This document shows positions 58,861-64,000 of a stretch of DNA of 64,000 bases, piece after piece. Numbering within the stretch: the first letter of the stretch is position 1; each line of letters opens with the position of its first letter. Source of the DNA: Alphaproteobacteria bacterium. GTDB lineage: Bacteria; Pseudomonadota; Alphaproteobacteria; SMXQ01. Under the pieces are notes generated by a model that saw only the letters and a program-made list of their open reading frames with translations, did not search any database and had not been told where the DNA came from. The position numbers were made by a program, and so were the translations under genes. The stretch covers positions 18,884 through 82,883 of the forward strand of contig JAURLI010000003.1 of the NCBI GenBank assembly GCA_030831315.1, read 5' to 3'.

Positions 58861-59066
58861 GGATTTCAAGGCCTCCTGCTATACTCGCCTCCCGGTTCAG
58901 GACCCGGCCGGGCTGCCCCGTTCGAAGGGAAGCCGCCGGAGCCCGCCGGGCGGGTGTGGGCGCCGTTGCCGGACCCTTCCGGAAGGCGATTTTCGCCACC
59001 CCGCAGCTTGAACGGAGGCCAACGCGCGGCACCACGCGCGGGTCAATAAGGCGCGAAAACCCAGCC

Positions 59067-60185
59067 ATGAAATTCACGATCGAACGTTCCGCTCTGCTCC
59101 GCTCCCTCGGTCATGTCCAGAGTATCGTTGAACGGCGGAACACCATTCCCATTCTCAACAACGTCCTGATGAACACGTCGAAGGGCAAGCTCCGGCTGAC
59201 CGCTACCGACATGGAACTGGCCATCGCCGAAAGCGTGGCGGCGGAAACAGGCGGCAACGCCGCGATCACGGCGCCGGCGCACACGTTCTACGACATCGTG
59301 CGCAAGCTGCCCGAAGGCGCCCAGGTCGAGGTCGAGACCACCGACGGCGACAGCCAGATGGCGGTGCGCTCGGGCCGCTATGCCTCGCAGCTCGCCTGCC
59401 TGCCCCCCGCCGATTTCCCGGCGCTCGGCGAAGACGACCTGCCGACCGCCTTCACCGTTCCCGCCGATGCCGTGAAGGCGCTGGTCGACCACACCCGCTT
59501 CGCCATCTCGACCGAGGAAACGCGCTATTACCTGAACGGCATTTACCTGCATGCCGCCAAGCGCGACGGCACGCCCGTGCTGCGCGCGGTCGCTACCGAC
59601 GGCCATCGCCTCGCCCGTTTCGACGTGCCGCTGCCCAAGGGCGCGGCCGACATGCCGGGCGTCATTGTGCCGCGCAAGATGGTCGCCGAATGGCGCAAGC
59701 TGATCGACGAATCGGATTCGGACATCGAGGTCGCCCTGTCGGACGCCAAGATCCGCATTTCCTTCGATGACGTGACCCTGACCTCGAAACTGATCGACGG
59801 CACCTTCCCCGATTACGATCGTGTCATCCCCAAGGGCAACGAGCGCGTCATGAACGTCCCCTGCAAGGACTTCGCTGCCGCGGTCGACCGCGTTTCAACC
59901 ATTTCCACGGAAAAGTCCCGGGCAGTGAAGCTGGCCCTTGCCAAGGGGATACTGACCCTGTCCGCGACGTCGCTTGATCAGGGCAGCGCCGAGGAAGCAC
60001 TCGAGGTCGATTACACGGGCGATGCCATCGAAGTCGGCTTCAATTCCCGCTACCTGCTCGACATTGCCGGGCAGGTTCAGGGCGAAAGGGCGCAGTTCCG
60101 CCTGGGCGACGCAGCCTCAGCCGCCATCGTCGGCGATTCGGACGATGCGAACGCGCTCTACGTCCTGATGCCGATGCGGGTGTGA
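59067..60185 (+). CDS. dnaN: DNA polymerase III beta sliding clamp
   Basis: VERRNTIPIL, STEETRYYLNG, ATDGHRL, LIDGTFPDY and VLMPMRV. Confidence 0.98.
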   Translation: MKFTIERSALLRSLGHVQSIVERRNTIPILNNVLMNTSKGKLRLTATDMELAIAESVAAETGGNAAITAPAHTFYDIVRKLPEGAQVEVETTDGDSQMAVRSGRYASQLACLPPADFPALGEDDLPTAFTVPADAVKALVDHTRFAISTEETRYYLNGIYLHAAKRDGTPVLRAVATDGHRLARFDVPLPKGAADMPGVIVPRKMVAEWRKLIDESDSDIEVALSDAKIRISFDDVTLTSKLIDGTFPDYDRVIPKGNERVMNVPCKDFAAAVDRVSTISTEKSRAVKLALAKGILTLSATSLDQGSAEEALEVDYTGDAIEVGFNSRYLLDIAGQVQGERAQFRLGDAASAAIVGDSDDANALYVLMPMRV

Positions 60186-60201
60186 TCGCCTTGGCGGGCG
60201 C

Positions 60202-61425
60202 GTGGAGGCGGTACTGAACGCGGTATCCCTGGCCCATACCAATCCGGGTGCCAATCCGGGACCCGAGTCCCGGCCCGGTCGGGCGACGCTGGCGGTGCTT
60301 GGGCTCAGGCTTACCGCCTATCGCAACTACCCTGAATTACGCCTCGACCTCGACCCCCGGCCGGTGGTGCTGACAGGCCTCAACGGCGCGGGCAAGACCA
60401 ACCTCATGGAAGCGGTATCCTATCTCGGACCGGGGCGCGGCCTGCGCGGCGCGCGCCTGATCGATGTCGATCTCAAGGGCCGTGCCGAAGACCGGCCCTG
60501 GGCGGTCGCGGCGACGGTGCAGGACGCCCATGGCGCCTTCGCCGTGGGCACCGGGCGCGATGGCGCCTCGGCCACGGCGCGGCGCATCGTGCGCCTCGAC
60601 GGCAAGCCCGCCTCTGGCCCGGCCGCTCTTGCCGAACGTATCGCGGTGCTGTGGTTGACGCCTGCGCAGGATCGCCTGTTCCTCGACCGGCCCAACGCGC
60701 GAAGGCGCTACCTCGACAAGCTAGTGGCGGCGCTGCAGCCTGAACACGCGAGCCTTCTCAACGATTACGAAAAGGCGCTGCGCGAACGCGCGCGCCTGCT
60801 CAAGGGTCAGTCGGCGGGCGAAGGTGCGGCCGATCCGGCCTGGCTTTCGGCGCTTGAGCGCTCCATGGCCGAAACCGGCATCGCCATTGCTGCTGCGCGC
60901 CGCCAGGCGGCGGCCGACCTCACCCGTGCTGCGGCCGATGGCATCGGCCCGTTTCCCGCCGCCCGCATCCGCGCCGAAGGCGACGCCGAGGGCTGGCTCG
61001 GCGAAGGCCCGGCGCTTGATGCCGAAGATCGCCTTGCCGCGGCGCTTGCCGCCGCCCGCGGGCGCGACGGGGAAATCGGCGGCGCCTCGGCGGGGCCGCA
61101 TCGTTCCGACATGGTCGTCGAACACTGTGCCCGGGCGCTGCCCGCGGCGGAACTGTCGACCGGCGAACAGAAGACGCTGCTTGTTTCCATCATCTTCGCC
61201 GCCGCGCGCCTTCAGGCGGCGCGGCGCGGCTTCGCGCCGATCCTGCTGCTCGATGAAGTGGCGGCCCATCTCGACGCCGTGCATCGTGCGGCACTCTATT
61301 CAGAGATCGCCGCCCTTGGTGCCCAGGCCTGGATGACCGGCACCGATCCGGCGCTGTTCGCGCCGCTCGGGCGCGACGCAAATTTCCTGACCGTGACCGC
61401 CGGACGCGTGCGCGCCACGGATTGA
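60202..61425 (+). CDS. recF: DNA replication and repair protein RecF
   Basis: GLNGAGKTN, GPHRSD, STGEQK and LLLDEVAAHLD; start uncertain. Confidence 0.96.
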   Translation: MEAVLNAVSLAHTNPGANPGPESRPGRATLAVLGLRLTAYRNYPELRLDLDPRPVVLTGLNGAGKTNLMEAVSYLGPGRGLRGARLIDVDLKGRAEDRPWAVAATVQDAHGAFAVGTGRDGASATARRIVRLDGKPASGPAALAERIAVLWLTPAQDRLFLDRPNARRRYLDKLVAALQPEHASLLNDYEKALRERARLLKGQSAGEGAADPAWLSALERSMAETGIAIAAARRQAAADLTRAAADGIGPFPAARIRAEGDAEGWLGEGPALDAEDRLAAALAAARGRDGEIGGASAGPHRSDMVVEHCARALPAAELSTGEQKTLLVSIIFAAARLQAARRGFAPILLLDEVAAHLDAVHRAALYSEIAALGAQAWMTGTDPALFAPLGRDANFLTVTAGRVRATD

Positions 61426-61444
61426 ACCCGCAAATGAACCGTAG

Positions 61445-63931
<2,487 letters not shown>

Positions 63932-63944
63932 CGAAGGGCGCGAC

Positions 63945-64000
63945 ATGAGTGCAAAGCCCCGCATCGGCCTGCTGCTTGGGGATCCCAACGGCATCGGGCC
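63945..64000 (+). CDS. 5' end of a PdxA-family dehydrogenase, truncated by the window edge
   Basis: MSAKPRIGLLLGDPNGIG matches the GDPxGIGPE N-terminal motif of the PdxA family. Confidence 0.7.
   Translation, partial: MSAKPRIGLLLGDPNGIG

Noticed and set aside
56486-59066. Replication origin (oriC) next to dnaA
   Set aside because: I found no TTATCCACA/TGTGGATAA boxes in the rpsT-rhodanese, rhodanese-dnaA or dnaA-dnaN spacers; alphaproteobacterial origins are often located away from dnaA.
60241-60260. AATCCGGG direct repeat at the recF 5' end
   Set aside because: Only two short copies, encoding NPG-A-NPG in a variable N-terminal extension.

Overview
A high-GC core-chromosome window from an alphaproteobacterium. 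The gene order looks Rhodospirillales-like: maeB-mutS...glnD-murJ-trpS; tsaB-rimI-mucR-fur-olsBA-miaB-phoH-ybeY-corC-lnt-XRE-metK-trmB-rimP-nusA-ylxR-infB-rbfA-truB-rpsO-pnp; ubiE-ubiB-coaBC-dut; mutM-rpsT-dnaA-dnaN-recF-gyrB. About 60 intact CDSs are present. I saw no rRNA, tRNA, CRISPR array, IS element, integrase or prophage. Start codons were adjusted by hand where the ORF track overextends them. The most interesting signals are regulatory or organisational. (1) An Rrf2 regulator without Fe-S cysteines ends in -DFII, a CysK-docking-type C-terminus, and sits directly upstream of cysK inside a coaBC-dut-rrf2-cysK-moeB-SH3 operon (candidate CymR-like cysteine sensor). (2) A stand-alone rhodanese gene is the first cistron before dnaA, behind a sigma70-like promoter whose -35 and -10 both overlap GANTC (CcrM) sites. 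(3) A candidate rpsO promoter and S15-type leader lie inside the truB coding sequence, with a hairpin loop complementary to the rpsO start codon. (4) A 'nitronate monooxygenase' after pnp has a C-terminal CxxCxxxC...C motif (FabX-like candidate). (5) An irr-rubrerythrin-Fe-S oxidoreductase-DUF3501 module has a near-consensus ICE box. All functional calls come from motif and family recognition by eye; no searches were run.
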